64,000 bases of DNA, taken from positions 70,082-134,081 of the IMG/VR virus record IMGVR_UViG_3300018080_008188; one strand, 5' to 3'. This document shows positions 47,317-56,238 of this stretch, piece after piece; positions within the stretch are counted from its first letter, which is position 1; each line of letters begins with the position of its first letter. The DNA comes from a virus. Both the position numbers and the translations under genes were made by a program. The notes beneath the pieces were generated by a model that made no database searches, was not told the DNA's origin, and was given only the letters and a program-made list of their open reading frames with translations.

Positions 47317-48140
47317 AAAAGAAAATTCTGGTGTGCGGATCCGCCGGGTTCCTGATGTCGAATTTTATGAGGTACATGATGTATCGAGACAATCAGCGGC
47401 AATACGACTTCGCAAGCGTCGACTGCCTTGCGGAACCGGCAGACATCAAGCGCGTTTACATAAACAGAAGACACAGTTTCCACATAGGCAATGTGCGCGA
47501 CAAAGAATTCATGGAACGCGTCATGTATGTCGAAAAACCAGATTTCATCGTGAACGGCGTTGGCTGCGCAAAAGGCGAGGTAGACATCGCCCGCTCAGTC
47601 TTCAAATCTACATTTTCACTCTTGGAATCATGCCCAGAAAATGCCATGGTTGTACAGGTTTCTCCTAGGAAAGACATGCAGCGCATAGGGCATGAAGCCA
47701 TGGACTATTGGGATATGACATCGTCGATCGTACAGAACAAGAGAGGCGCGAACATGCGCATTCCAAGATCGTTCGGCTTCAGAGACAGGCATGGAATGCT
47801 GGCGAATGTAATCAAGGCAGCCCTAGCTACAGAAAAACCGCAGTTTTTGAGCAACAGCAAAGAGCCGATGGCGTATGCGGAGGATGTGGCATCCAGAATC
47901 TGGTTCATTATAGAAAACGCAATGCGCGGAGAAATTAACATGCCGAGTTTGGGCTTGGTCAGCAGTGAGCAGATGTATGCTTTGTGTAACAAGGAATCTG
48001 GAATCCATGATGTTGAGTATGATAAAGATTTCGGGTGTGCTGAAAAATCTGACGACGGATGGGCAGCTGATTCAGAAAGCGTAGAACATGCTCTTATAAA
48101 AACAATTAAGTGGTTTAACATAAACAAATGGGCTTTATAA
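47313..48140 (+). CDS. Divergent NAD-dependent epimerase/dehydratase (RmlB-like), possibly catalytically inactive
   Basis: KILVCGSAGFLMSNF N-terminus and LIKTIKWF C-terminus resemble RmlB; no YxxxK seen. Confidence 0.6.
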   Translation: MKKKILVCGSAGFLMSNFMRYMMYRDNQRQYDFASVDCLAEPADIKRVYINRRHSFHIGNVRDKEFMERVMYVEKPDFIVNGVGCAKGEVDIARSVFKSTFSLLESCPENAMVVQVSPRKDMQRIGHEAMDYWDMTSSIVQNKRGANMRIPRSFGFRDRHGMLANVIKAALATEKPQFLSNSKEPMAYAEDVASRIWFIIENAMRGEINMPSLGLVSSEQMYALCNKESGIHDVEYDKDFGCAEKSDDGWAADSESVEHALIKTIKWFNINKWAL

Positions 48141-48195
48141 AATGTTATTATATACTACTATGTACAAACCCCCCTTCCTCCCGGCTGGCTTTAAA

Positions 48196-48224
48196 AAAAT
48201 ATCCGGTGTGCGCGAAAATGTCAA
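48196..48224 (-). promoter_or_regulatory. Sigma70-type promoter on the minus strand, antisense to the glycan cluster
   Basis: TTGACA-17 nt-TATTTT on the minus strand in the AT-rich intergenic region. Confidence 0.45.
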
Positions 48225-48244
48225 GGGTTTAAGGAGAAAAAATT

Positions 48245-49681
48245 ATGAATGACAAAAAACCCGTTAATCGAGTGGTGGTTACGGATGCGATCGGCGAAGT
48301 TGAAAGAGTAAAATCCGATGCTGAAATTATCAGGGAAAACGAAGAGCTTGAGGCATCCCTCAAGGGCGGGGATAAAAAGGAGGCACCCTTGGACCCTGAA
48401 GTGCTTGCTAAGCTGCGTGAAAAGCGGGAAAAGAAGGAGGATGAGCAGATGACCAGGGCCGTTGCCAAGCGGGACAGGAGCCTGTATTTCGGAGTGGTCG
48501 GGCTGGGTCAGGCAGGATCGCGGATAGCCGAGACATTCTACGAGATGGGATACGAGGCGTGCGCCATGAACACGGCTACGCAGGATCTGGAGTTCATAGA
48601 GCTGCCCGAGAACCGCAAGCTGTTTCTGCCGTACGCCCTGGGCGGCGCAGGCAAGGAACTCGACAACGGGCGGGCGGCCATCGAGCAGAACGCTGATGCT
48701 GTGACGAGCAAGATGGGCGAGATTTTCGGAGACGACCAGGAGGTGTTTATCCTGGCTGTCAGCGGCGGCGGGGGAACCGGAAGCGGCGGAGCGGAAGCCA
48801 TGGTGAGCTTGATGTCGCAGATGGGAAAGCCGGTTTGCGTCATATATGTGCTACCTATGGATTCCGAGGACTCGCTGAGCAAGCACAACGCGGTGACGAC
48901 GCTCGGGAAGCTCGCCAAGATGGCTAGCGAGAACATCGTGTCCACGCTGATAGTGGTGGACAACGCCAAGATCGAGCTGATCTATCCGGGACTCAGCAAG
49001 GCGGAGTTCTGGAGCACGGCCAACAACGCCATCGTGGCTCCGCTCCACCTGTTCAACCACCTGTCAGCCATGCCTACGCAGTACGACAGCCTGGATTCCA
49101 TGGATTTCGGGCGCCTGTTCCTGGGCGGCGACTGTTCGGTCTACGGGATGATCGAGGTGGAGAATTACATGGAGACTACCGCCATCGCGGAGGCCGTGCT
49201 GGAGAACCTGAAGGGCACGCTGCTGGCAAGCGATTTCGATCTGAGGGAGGCGCGCCTCGGAGGCTTCATGGTGACGGGAAGCCCGGAGGTCCTCAGGGAG
49301 CTTCCTGCCGAGAACATCCATTACGCCCAGAACATGATCAGCGAGGAGTGCGATTACGCCCAGCTGGTCAAGGGCGTGTACGAGCTTCCGATCGAGGAGG
49401 ACGTCGTGCGCGTGTACACCATGTTCAGCGGGCTCGGGCTTCCGTCGGCGCGTGTCGACGCCCTGAAGGACGAGGCGATGCAGCAGATGAGCCATGTGCG
49501 CGAGAAGGAAAAGACCCGCGCGTCGAGGATGTCGGTGGACTACGGAGCCGGCACCGAGACCCAGAACAAGGCTCAGGAAGTGCGCAGGATGATAGCGCAG
49601 AAGAAGTCCAGTTTCGGCAAGCTGACCACCAATGCAATGAAGCGCAAGCCAAAGGGAGTGGTGGATCGGAGAAAGCGATAA
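48245..49681 (+). CDS. Tubulin/FtsZ-superfamily GTPase (PhuZ/TubZ/CetZ-like)
   Basis: GVVGLGQAGSRIA, MNTATQD, GGAGKE, SGGGGTGSG signature, VVDN, T7-like LDSMDF; AAGGAG RBS. Confidence 0.9.
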   Translation: MNDKKPVNRVVVTDAIGEVERVKSDAEIIRENEELEASLKGGDKKEAPLDPEVLAKLREKREKKEDEQMTRAVAKRDRSLYFGVVGLGQAGSRIAETFYEMGYEACAMNTATQDLEFIELPENRKLFLPYALGGAGKELDNGRAAIEQNADAVTSKMGEIFGDDQEVFILAVSGGGGTGSGGAEAMVSLMSQMGKPVCVIYVLPMDSEDSLSKHNAVTTLGKLAKMASENIVSTLIVVDNAKIELIYPGLSKAEFWSTANNAIVAPLHLFNHLSAMPTQYDSLDSMDFGRLFLGGDCSVYGMIEVENYMETTAIAEAVLENLKGTLLASDFDLREARLGGFMVTGSPEVLRELPAENIHYAQNMISEECDYAQLVKGVYELPIEEDVVRVYTMFSGLGLPSARVDALKDEAMQQMSHVREKEKTRASRMSVDYGAGTETQNKAQEVRRMIAQKKSSFGKLTTNAMKRKPKGVVDRRKR

Positions 49682-49702
49682 ATGCCGACATAGGGAGTAA
49701 AA

Positions 49703-49936
49703 ATGAGCAGGATAGAATTTTTTCGCACGCTTCGGTACGATTCGACACAAAAATACCGAGAGGGCGATCTACTTTACCTCGCCAAGTGCGATACATGGAA
49801 TGGACCGCAGCTGACAAACAGGGGTCCGGGCATTCCCATTGGTCATGTTTGCCGCGTTCCTATAAATCCAGAAAATGGCGGAGATCCAACCATAGGGGTG
49901 TCAATTATGGATTGGGTTGACTGGGAGAAGATTTAG
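49703..49936 (+). CDS. Hypothetical protein (77 aa)
   Basis: GGAG RBS; fills the gap between tubulin and helicase. Confidence 0.55.
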   Translation: MSRIEFFRTLRYDSTQKYREGDLLYLAKCDTWNGPQLTNRGPGIPIGHVCRVPINPENGGDPTIGVSIMDWVDWEKI

Positions 49937-49945
49937 CTTTGTATC

Positions 49946-52498
49946 ATGGATAACACCGCTGTTATAACCGTCAATAATGTATGGTGCCGCCTCAGCGGCG
50001 TGAAAAACCTGGAGATAGTGGATGCGCTAGACGCAGAGCTTAGCTACTTCGTCGAAGGGCACAGGTTTATGCGCGCGTTCCAGCAGGGGTGGTACGACAA
50101 AAAGACGGAGCAATGGCGGAGATGGGACGGCAAGAAGCACCTGCTGACGCAGCGCATGGTGTTTCCGGCGGGCCTGCTGGAACGGGTGCGCAATTTTTTG
50201 GATTTCAACGGGGTGATTTACGATATTAATGACAAGCGCGAATCGCCGCGAGGCAAACCGTTGAAAATCACTGCTTACAAGCCCAGACCATATCAGAGCG
50301 AAGCTGTGGAAGCGGCCATGGCAAAGGGGCGCGGAATCATTCGGGCCGGCACGGGCGGGGGCAAATGCCTCGGTGTTGGAACACCTGTGTTGAGGTTCGA
50401 CGGATCCATCTGTAATGTTGAAGATGTGATGGTCGGAGATCTTTTGATGGGACCAGACAGCCAGCCACGTGCGGTGTTATCAACGACATTGGGGCGCGGT
50501 CCGTTATATCGCATAGTGCCCAAGCGTGGAAATTCGTGGATATGTAATGATGTACATGTTTTGACTCTCGCACACACTGTTACGGGAGAGGTTGTGGACA
50601 TTCCTCTCGACAAATATCAAAGACAGAATGGCAAATTCAAGCATGTTCACAAGCAGTTCTCCACGGGGGTAGATTTTGCGGCAGCAGAAACGCTCCCTTT
50701 GGATCCTTACTATCTTGGTCTGTGGTTCGGTGATGGGAGCAAATCTCTACAGAAATTCGCAGATGGCAGTCGCGCGGTTATGACCGCTGAAATATGGACC
50801 GAAGATTCAGAAATACGAGAGGCGGTTGAGAAGGCTTCTGAATGTTTTTATGGAATGAGAGTGACTATCAGAGATCCAGATCGTTGTCCAGGATATGCTA
50901 TAGTGAATAAAAAAAAGAGCCAAAGCAATCCATTTCTTGATCTTCTTCGATCTGTTGTTGGTCCGTGTGTCAGGGTACCGTCGCAATATCTGACTGCCTC
51001 CAGACAGGATAGGTTGGAATTTCTTGCTGGGTGGATCGATTCCGATGGGCATTTACACAATGGGTCGTATGATATTGTCCAAAAACGAGAAGACTGGGCC
51101 AATGCTGTTTGTTTTCTCGCTCGTTCCTTAGGATTTCGAGCCCTCAAAAGTGAAAAGTGGGTCAAAGACGGACTTTACCATCGGGTTTCCATTTCAGGCG
51201 AAACATCAACAATTCCTGTTCGGATACCCAGAAAAAAAGCAGCATTGCGTCGGCAGAAAAAAAATGCTCTTCGTACGGGATTTGATATTGAGTTCGTAGG
51301 TGAAGGGGCGTATGCTGGGTTTGAGTTAGATGGTGATGGGAGGTTTTTATTAGGAGATTTTACTGTCACTCATAATACGCTAATATCTTCAATGATCATC
51401 GCTCAATATAATGTGCCGACTATGATTTATGTCGTGGGCAAAGATTTGCTCCACCAATTCTACGAGGACATGGTGAAATGTTTCGGACCAGACGATATCG
51501 GAATTATAGGCGACGGCTATTGCGACGTGCGAAGATTCAATGTATGCTCGGTCTGGACCGCAGCCAAGGCGTTCGAGCTGAAGAGCAAGGTCTCGCTGGA
51601 TGATGAAGATTGGACTCCGGATGTTGTCGATTTGAATTCCGCCACTAAGGGCTTAATCAAGGGGGTCGTCCAAGGTGCGCAGCTCGCCATTTTCGACGAG
51701 GCGCACTTTCTGGCCTGCGATACGATACAGTCAATATTCAAGGCGGGCAAATCGTGCAGGTACATGTTCGGCTTGACGGGCACGGACTGGCGCGACGACG
51801 GGGCCGACCTGCTTCTGGAATCGGTCTGCGGTCCGCGCATATTCAATATGCCGGCATCGAAGCTGATCGAAACCGGATACCTCGTGCCTCCGAAGATTGC
51901 GATGCTGGAGGCTCCGCCGCGCGGCGACATCACCAACAGGATGTCGTGGCCGCAGGTGTACAGCAGGTACATCACCAACAACGATGTCCGCAACAGGATG
52001 CTGGCGGATTCTGCGCGGCAGCTTGTCAGCATGGGAAGAAAGGTCCTTATCCTGGTGCGTTACCTAAAACACGGAAAGAATCTTGTCGACATGCTGGACG
52101 ACATGCCAATCTATTTCGTAAACGGGGAGATGGACGGCTCCGAACGCAAGGATGTCAAGGAGCGGTTCGAGGCCGGCGAGTTCAGCTGCCTGGTCGCATC
52201 ATCCGTGTTCGACATAGGAGTCGACATCCCCAGCCTGGACGCGCTGATACTGGGCGGGGGCGGAAAGTCGACCGTCCGAGCGCTGCAGCGCATAGGGCGC
52301 GTCATACGCCTTGGAGACGAAGGGAAGAAAGATGCCATTGTCGTCGACATCATCGACAACGCAAAATATCTCGACAAGCACTCGGCAACAAGGATCGCCG
52401 TCTACGAAACCGAGCCGTTCTTCCAGATCAAGTTCCCACGGGGCTTCGACCGCCGCCGCCTCAAAAGGCCGGAAAACGTCCAAGCGAAAATCAAATAG
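49946..52498 (+). CDS. SF2 (UvsW/Rad25-like) DExH helicase containing an intein
   Basis: PRPYQ, GTGGGK|T, IFDEAH, GLTGT, GVDIP, QRIGRVIR. Confidence 0.9.
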   Translation: MDNTAVITVNNVWCRLSGVKNLEIVDALDAELSYFVEGHRFMRAFQQGWYDKKTEQWRRWDGKKHLLTQRMVFPAGLLERVRNFLDFNGVIYDINDKRESPRGKPLKITAYKPRPYQSEAVEAAMAKGRGIIRAGTGGGKCLGVGTPVLRFDGSICNVEDVMVGDLLMGPDSQPRAVLSTTLGRGPLYRIVPKRGNSWICNDVHVLTLAHTVTGEVVDIPLDKYQRQNGKFKHVHKQFSTGVDFAAAETLPLDPYYLGLWFGDGSKSLQKFADGSRAVMTAEIWTEDSEIREAVEKASECFYGMRVTIRDPDRCPGYAIVNKKKSQSNPFLDLLRSVVGPCVRVPSQYLTASRQDRLEFLAGWIDSDGHLHNGSYDIVQKREDWANAVCFLARSLGFRALKSEKWVKDGLYHRVSISGETSTIPVRIPRKKAALRRQKKNALRTGFDIEFVGEGAYAGFELDGDGRFLLGDFTVTHNTLISSMIIAQYNVPTMIYVVGKDLLHQFYEDMVKCFGPDDIGIIGDGYCDVRRFNVCSVWTAAKAFELKSKVSLDDEDWTPDVVDLNSATKGLIKGVVQGAQLAIFDEAHFLACDTIQSIFKAGKSCRYMFGLTGTDWRDDGADLLLESVCGPRIFNMPASKLIETGYLVPPKIAMLEAPPRGDITNRMSWPQVYSRYITNNDVRNRMLADSARQLVSMGRKVLILVRYLKHGKNLVDMLDDMPIYFVNGEMDGSERKDVKERFEAGEFSCLVASSVFDIGVDIPSLDALILGGGGKSTVRALQRIGRVIRLGDEGKKDAIVVDIIDNAKYLDKHSATRIAVYETEPFFQIKFPRGFDRRRLKRPENVQAKIK
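50366..51376 (+). mobile_element. Intein (337 aa) with LAGLIDADG homing endonuclease in the helicase Walker A motif
   Basis: Starts CLGVGTPV after GGGK; ends FTVTHN followed by Thr; YLGLWFGDG and FLAGWIDSDG motifs; DNA visibly more AT-rich than the flanks. Confidence 0.92.
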
Positions 52499-53189
52499 GC
52501 CTGTCTGTCGTGCGTGCGGCGCGGGTAAGGAAGTTGGATATTCCGGAAGCGGGGTGGAATACCCCGTTTTTTCATGTCCGAACTGCGGTCCGGATCCGGT
52601 CAACGAGTGGGAGAAGTGGTGGGACAGGTACAGCGGCTTGCACAGGGACCCCGAGAAATGGAGCCACAGAAAGCACGGGCTGGCATGCCTGGTCGGGTTC
52701 ATGTGCAAGGCGTATGCAGACTTCTACGGATGCCCGTACAGGTTCTCGTACACCTCGGCGGTGCCGTTCAAGGACAAGGACTTTGTCATGGCGCGGCGCA
52801 TATTGGCGATGTTCGATGGAAATGCCAAGATAGCGCGCAACTATGTCATATGGGTATATAAGTTCAAGGTGCGCACGGTCAAGTACCAGGTCACCAGCTT
52901 CGGATTTTTCGCGTCGCAAAAGTTCGTCAACGAATACAATCAGGCGAGGGCGCGCGCTGCGGTTCCGCGCCGCGCTGCGCGGCTTCCGGCTGATTTCCTG
53001 TCATGGTGCCTGGAGAGCGAGCCCGAAATTTTCGATCTTCAGGAGCTTGGGACCTGGAACGACCTTAACGGGCTTGTGACGCATGTGAAATCGTACGGAC
53101 CGGAAGGTCCGGAGGGCCGAGTGGTGTCCGAGGCCGTAAGGCGCGGGATGCTGCCTGCCGGTCCGGAGCATAGGAAACTGGAGGATTGA
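52476..53189 (+). CDS. Zinc-ribbon hypothetical protein in the replication module (start uncertain)
   Basis: CRAC...CPNC followed by a protein-like helical region; the upstream part of the track ORF overlaps the helicase and looks like shadow translation. Confidence 0.55.
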   Translation, partial: TSKRKSNRPVCRACGAGKEVGYSGSGVEYPVFSCPNCGPDPVNEWEKWWDRYSGLHRDPEKWSHRKHGLACLVGFMCKAYADFYGCPYRFSYTSAVPFKDKDFVMARRILAMFDGNAKIARNYVIWVYKFKVRTVKYQVTSFGFFASQKFVNEYNQARARAAVPRRAARLPADFLSWCLESEPEIFDLQELGTWNDLNGLVTHVKSYGPEGPEGRVVSEAVRRGMLPAGPEHRKLED

Positions 53190-53193
53190 TTCC

Positions 53194-53625
53194 ATGAATC
53201 TGGAAGATCTTGAAGGCAGAATGAGGGAGCACGGTGCCATCGTGTCTCTTTCAAACGGAGAGCAGGTGATGGGCGTGCTAAGCGAAGTCTTCGAGGCGCA
53301 AGGCAAGGTTTTTTGGGTACTTACGGGACCAGACCAGTTCGAGAAGGTCGATGTGGAGTTCATCGTCAACACGGACGAGGTCTGCTATGTCAAGACGAGT
53401 GCACAGAAGCGTGATGACCAGTACGATCGCATACCGGGCTACCGACGCGGGGCTCCGGAGCGCCGACCGAGCCAGTATGCGGAACGCATAGCGGTCGCGC
53501 GCATGCGTTCGACCAACCAAGATCTGTCCATGCGCTATCCGGAGGCGGACGGCTCGGAACTGAATGTTCCTACGCTTGAACGCAAAAGGTACCGGCCCAC
53601 CATTGTAGACGGCGAGGAAGAATGA
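53194..53625 (+). CDS. Hypothetical protein
   Basis: GGAGG RBS; 143 aa; ATGA coupling to the next gene. Confidence 0.6.
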   Translation: MNLEDLEGRMREHGAIVSLSNGEQVMGVLSEVFEAQGKVFWVLTGPDQFEKVDVEFIVNTDEVCYVKTSAQKRDDQYDRIPGYRRGAPERRPSQYAERIAVARMRSTNQDLSMRYPEADGSELNVPTLERKRYRPTIVDGEEE

Positions 53626-54302
53626 TAGCGCCCAAGAGAATAGAAGTGGAGAAGGCGAGGGTGGTGCGCGAATGCCCGTCATGCGGCGGAGCGTCCTGTC
53701 AAGCATGCCTGAAGTACTGCTGGTTCATAGACAAAATGGCGGAGACCGGCGTGCCGGTCGATTACTGGTTCAGGGAAATGAGGGGGTTTTACGGCGACCA
53801 GAGGTTCAAGGAGGCGGTCCTCAGGTATGCCGGTAGCCTGGAAGACGAATATGTCGGTGGAGGCGTGCTATGCCTTGTCGGGCACCGCGGCACGGGAAAA
53901 ACGATGGCTGCATGCGGGATCCTGAAGGCGGCGATGCTGGATAAGTACACTACCCATTACACGACGCTCGTGGAGGCGGTAGGCCTGCTGACATCCAGGG
54001 AGGCGCATGTATACAGGCGCAGCCTTAAGATGTGGGATTTCGTGGTGATAGACGAGGTTGACCAGAGGTACTTCGAGACGCCGGCCAGCAGGAGCCTGTA
54101 CGGCAACCAGTTCGAAAACATCCTGCGTGCGCGTGCGCAGAACAGGCTTCCGCTCGTGTTCTGTACCAATTCCGAGGATATAGGGCAGATTTTTGACGGC
54201 GAGTTCGGTGAGTCTTTCAGTTCGTTGGGTTCCCAGTTCTTCCGTGTGCTTCGTGCGGGCGGCAAGGACGCAAGAAAGGGCGAGGAGAAGCATGGTTCCT
54301 GA
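53622..54302 (+). CDS. DnaC/IstB-like AAA+ helicase loader
   Basis: CPSC..CQAC, Walker A GHRGTGKT, Walker B VVIDEVD, RAQNRLPLVFCTN; upstream of DnaB. Confidence 0.85.
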   Translation: MIAPKRIEVEKARVVRECPSCGGASCQACLKYCWFIDKMAETGVPVDYWFREMRGFYGDQRFKEAVLRYAGSLEDEYVGGGVLCLVGHRGTGKTMAACGILKAAMLDKYTTHYTTLVEAVGLLTSREAHVYRRSLKMWDFVVIDEVDQRYFETPASRSLYGNQFENILRARAQNRLPLVFCTNSEDIGQIFDGEFGESFSSLGSQFFRVLRAGGKDARKGEEKHGS

Positions 54303-55716
54303 GTTAGACATAAGGATGCTTGCGTACGCGCTGCAGGACGACAAGACGATGCTGTCCATGGCGTCAGCAGTCGAAGGCAAGTATTACCACCCGGATTGCC
54401 AGGCTTTCTGGAAGCTGGTGCTGAAATGCTTCACCAAGTACAAGGAAATACCAACTTCTAGGGTTCTTGAAACAGTATCAGGCTCAGCCTGGAATCAGGG
54501 GCTTTCCGACCTGTACGAGCAGGCATCTGTGTTGGAGATAGATCCGCGCGAATATCCCATGGATCTCGAAAACATGAAACGCAGGCACAACGAACGGGTG
54601 CTGCTGAAAGCTGGCGAAGCTGTTTTCAAAAACAATTTCGACGGAAAGGGCTTTGCGAACCTTGAAGAGGCGAACAAGGTTATGAAAAACCTGAGCGTCG
54701 ACATAGACCGTATCTATTCCCAGGAATCGTTTGAAGAAGGGTCTGCTGCAGACTGCGCTCAGGATGCTTGGAACGCATACTGTAGCAGAAGGGACAATCC
54801 TCAAGAAGCAGAGGGAATCCATGTGGGGTTCAAAGAATTCGACCGCATCACTAACGGTCTGCAGAAATCGGAGCTGATGCTGATAGGCGGAGAAAGCGGC
54901 GCCGGCAAATCCGCACTGATGATGAACATGTGCGTCAACGCATGGCTGGGAAAAAACAAGGTTCCCACACGGCTCGATCAGAAGGTTGGCGAACTGCGCA
55001 AGGGTCGTAGCATCGCGTATTTTTCTCTGGAGATGCCGTTCGAGGCATTTCAGAGAAGGCTACATGCCTGCGTGGCGGGAGTGCCGCTGTATGGCTTGCG
55101 CGACGGAAATCTTACTACCGATGAGACGGAACGGTACAGGGCGGCCCTGAGATTTATACAGAAATATCCACACCAATTCTATATCATTGACATACCGCGC
55201 GGGGCCACGATGCGCCATGTCGAGGTAAAGTATCTGGAATTGTGCCAGATGTATCCGGGCTTCGAACCGGAACTGGTAGGAATTGATTACATAACCCTTA
55301 TGAATACGCATGGTTCTGACGAAAAGGAGCAGGATTGGATAAAGCTCGGGAGGCTGTCGGAACAACTGCATGAGTTTGGCAGAGTATATGGTGTGCGAGC
55401 CATGTCTCCTGTACAATTAAACAGGCCTCCGAAAAAGGGAAGCGAGGCATGGCAGAGGCCGGATCAGGACAGGATCGCCAGAAGTTCGATGATGAGCCAG
55501 AATGCCAATATTGTCATAACTATAGAGAAGAGAAAGGATGAGCATCTGCTGAAGGATATGCGCGTACACATTATAAAGATGCGCGATGGCGAACAGAGCA
55601 TTCTGGAGCTTCAGAAGAGGCTGGACGTCATGCGCTTATATGATAGTATGGTCGATTGGTCACCACAAACCTATGCCGACGGTTATGGGCGGCAGGAGAA
55701 GCAGGATGCCGCATAA
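54292..55716 (+). CDS. dnaB: DnaB-like replicative helicase
   Basis: ATG 54292 with GAGGAG; GFKEFDRITNGLQKSEL..GGESGAGKS, FSLEM, IDYITLM, QLNR, IIKMRDG. Confidence 0.9.
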   Translation: MVPELDIRMLAYALQDDKTMLSMASAVEGKYYHPDCQAFWKLVLKCFTKYKEIPTSRVLETVSGSAWNQGLSDLYEQASVLEIDPREYPMDLENMKRRHNERVLLKAGEAVFKNNFDGKGFANLEEANKVMKNLSVDIDRIYSQESFEEGSAADCAQDAWNAYCSRRDNPQEAEGIHVGFKEFDRITNGLQKSELMLIGGESGAGKSALMMNMCVNAWLGKNKVPTRLDQKVGELRKGRSIAYFSLEMPFEAFQRRLHACVAGVPLYGLRDGNLTTDETERYRAALRFIQKYPHQFYIIDIPRGATMRHVEVKYLELCQMYPGFEPELVGIDYITLMNTHGSDEKEQDWIKLGRLSEQLHEFGRVYGVRAMSPVQLNRPPKKGSEAWQRPDQDRIARSSMMSQNANIVITIEKRKDEHLLKDMRVHIIKMRDGEQSILELQKRLDVMRLYDSMVDWSPQTYADGYGRQEKQDAA

Positions 55717-55924
55717 TATTGAGGTTGCGAGACTGCTTAACAGGACCTACAACAGCAAAACGGGTCGCCTGCTTTTAACTTTTGAGGTTACGGATCCGGC
55801 GATGAAGAGAAGGCTTCTGCGCGACGATGTTATTGTAAGGCTTGTTTTGGAGGAAAAAGAATGCCGATCTACGAGTACGAATGCCAAAAGTGCGAACACA
55901 GATTCGACCAATGGGCTCGAATGA
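55706..55924 (+). CDS. Small hypothetical protein
   Basis: ATG 55706 after AGGAG fills the dnaB-fmdB gap, but its 3' end overlaps the next gene by 64 nt. Confidence 0.4.
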   Translation: MPHNIEVARLLNRTYNSKTGRLLLTFEVTDPAMKRRLLRDDVIVRLVLEEKECRSTSTNAKSANTDSTNGLE

Positions 55925-56124
55925 GCGACCCGCCGCCGGACAAATGCCCAAAATGCGGGTCGGTCGAACTCGAACGCATCATATCTTTGACGGGCTGCGG
56001 ACAGGTGGAAATGGATGCCAGGGATCTGTACGAAAAAAAAATAAAGCCGGAAGCCAAGGAAATAGCTGACAAAATAAAAAACGGTGATGAGCAGGCGGCT
56101 GCCGACATTTTTGGCGAGTCGTAA
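55861..56124 (+). CDS. FmdB-family zinc-ribbon protein
   Basis: MPIYEYECQKCEHRF...CPKCGS..LERIIS. Confidence 0.88.
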   Translation: MPIYEYECQKCEHRFDQWARMSDPPPDKCPKCGSVELERIISLTGCGQVEMDARDLYEKKIKPEAKEIADKIKNGDEQAAADIFGES

Positions 56125-56153
56125 GTATTCGCTATTATTGAAAAAGAAAATTG

Positions 56154-56182
56154 TTGAATTTTGGGTTGCTCGTTCGTTTAAT
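56154..56182 (+). promoter_or_regulatory. Sigma70-type promoter upstream of prkA
   Basis: TTGAAT-17 nt-TTTAAT with an A-rich UP-like tract (AAAAAGAAAA) upstream. Confidence 0.5.
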
Positions 56183-56190
56183 TAGAAATG

Positions 56191-56238
56191 AGCGGCTCAG
56201 CAGAGGGTCTTTTTGGGACTGCTGAAGACCGCTTTTTT
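56191..56238 (+). terminator. Hairpin plus U tract in the prkA leader (terminator or attenuator)
   Basis: AGCGG/CCGCT and TCAGCAG/CTGCTGA stems followed by TTTTTT. Confidence 0.55.

Noticed and set aside
51754-52833. 359-aa alternative-frame plus-strand ORF
   Set aside because: Arg/Ala-rich off-frame translation overlapping the helicase C-terminus; no domain signal.
56125-56142. Minus-strand TTCAATAATAGCGAATA resembling the CTATCAATA motif
   Set aside because: Only a partial match, in AT-rich DNA, with no gene downstream on that strand.
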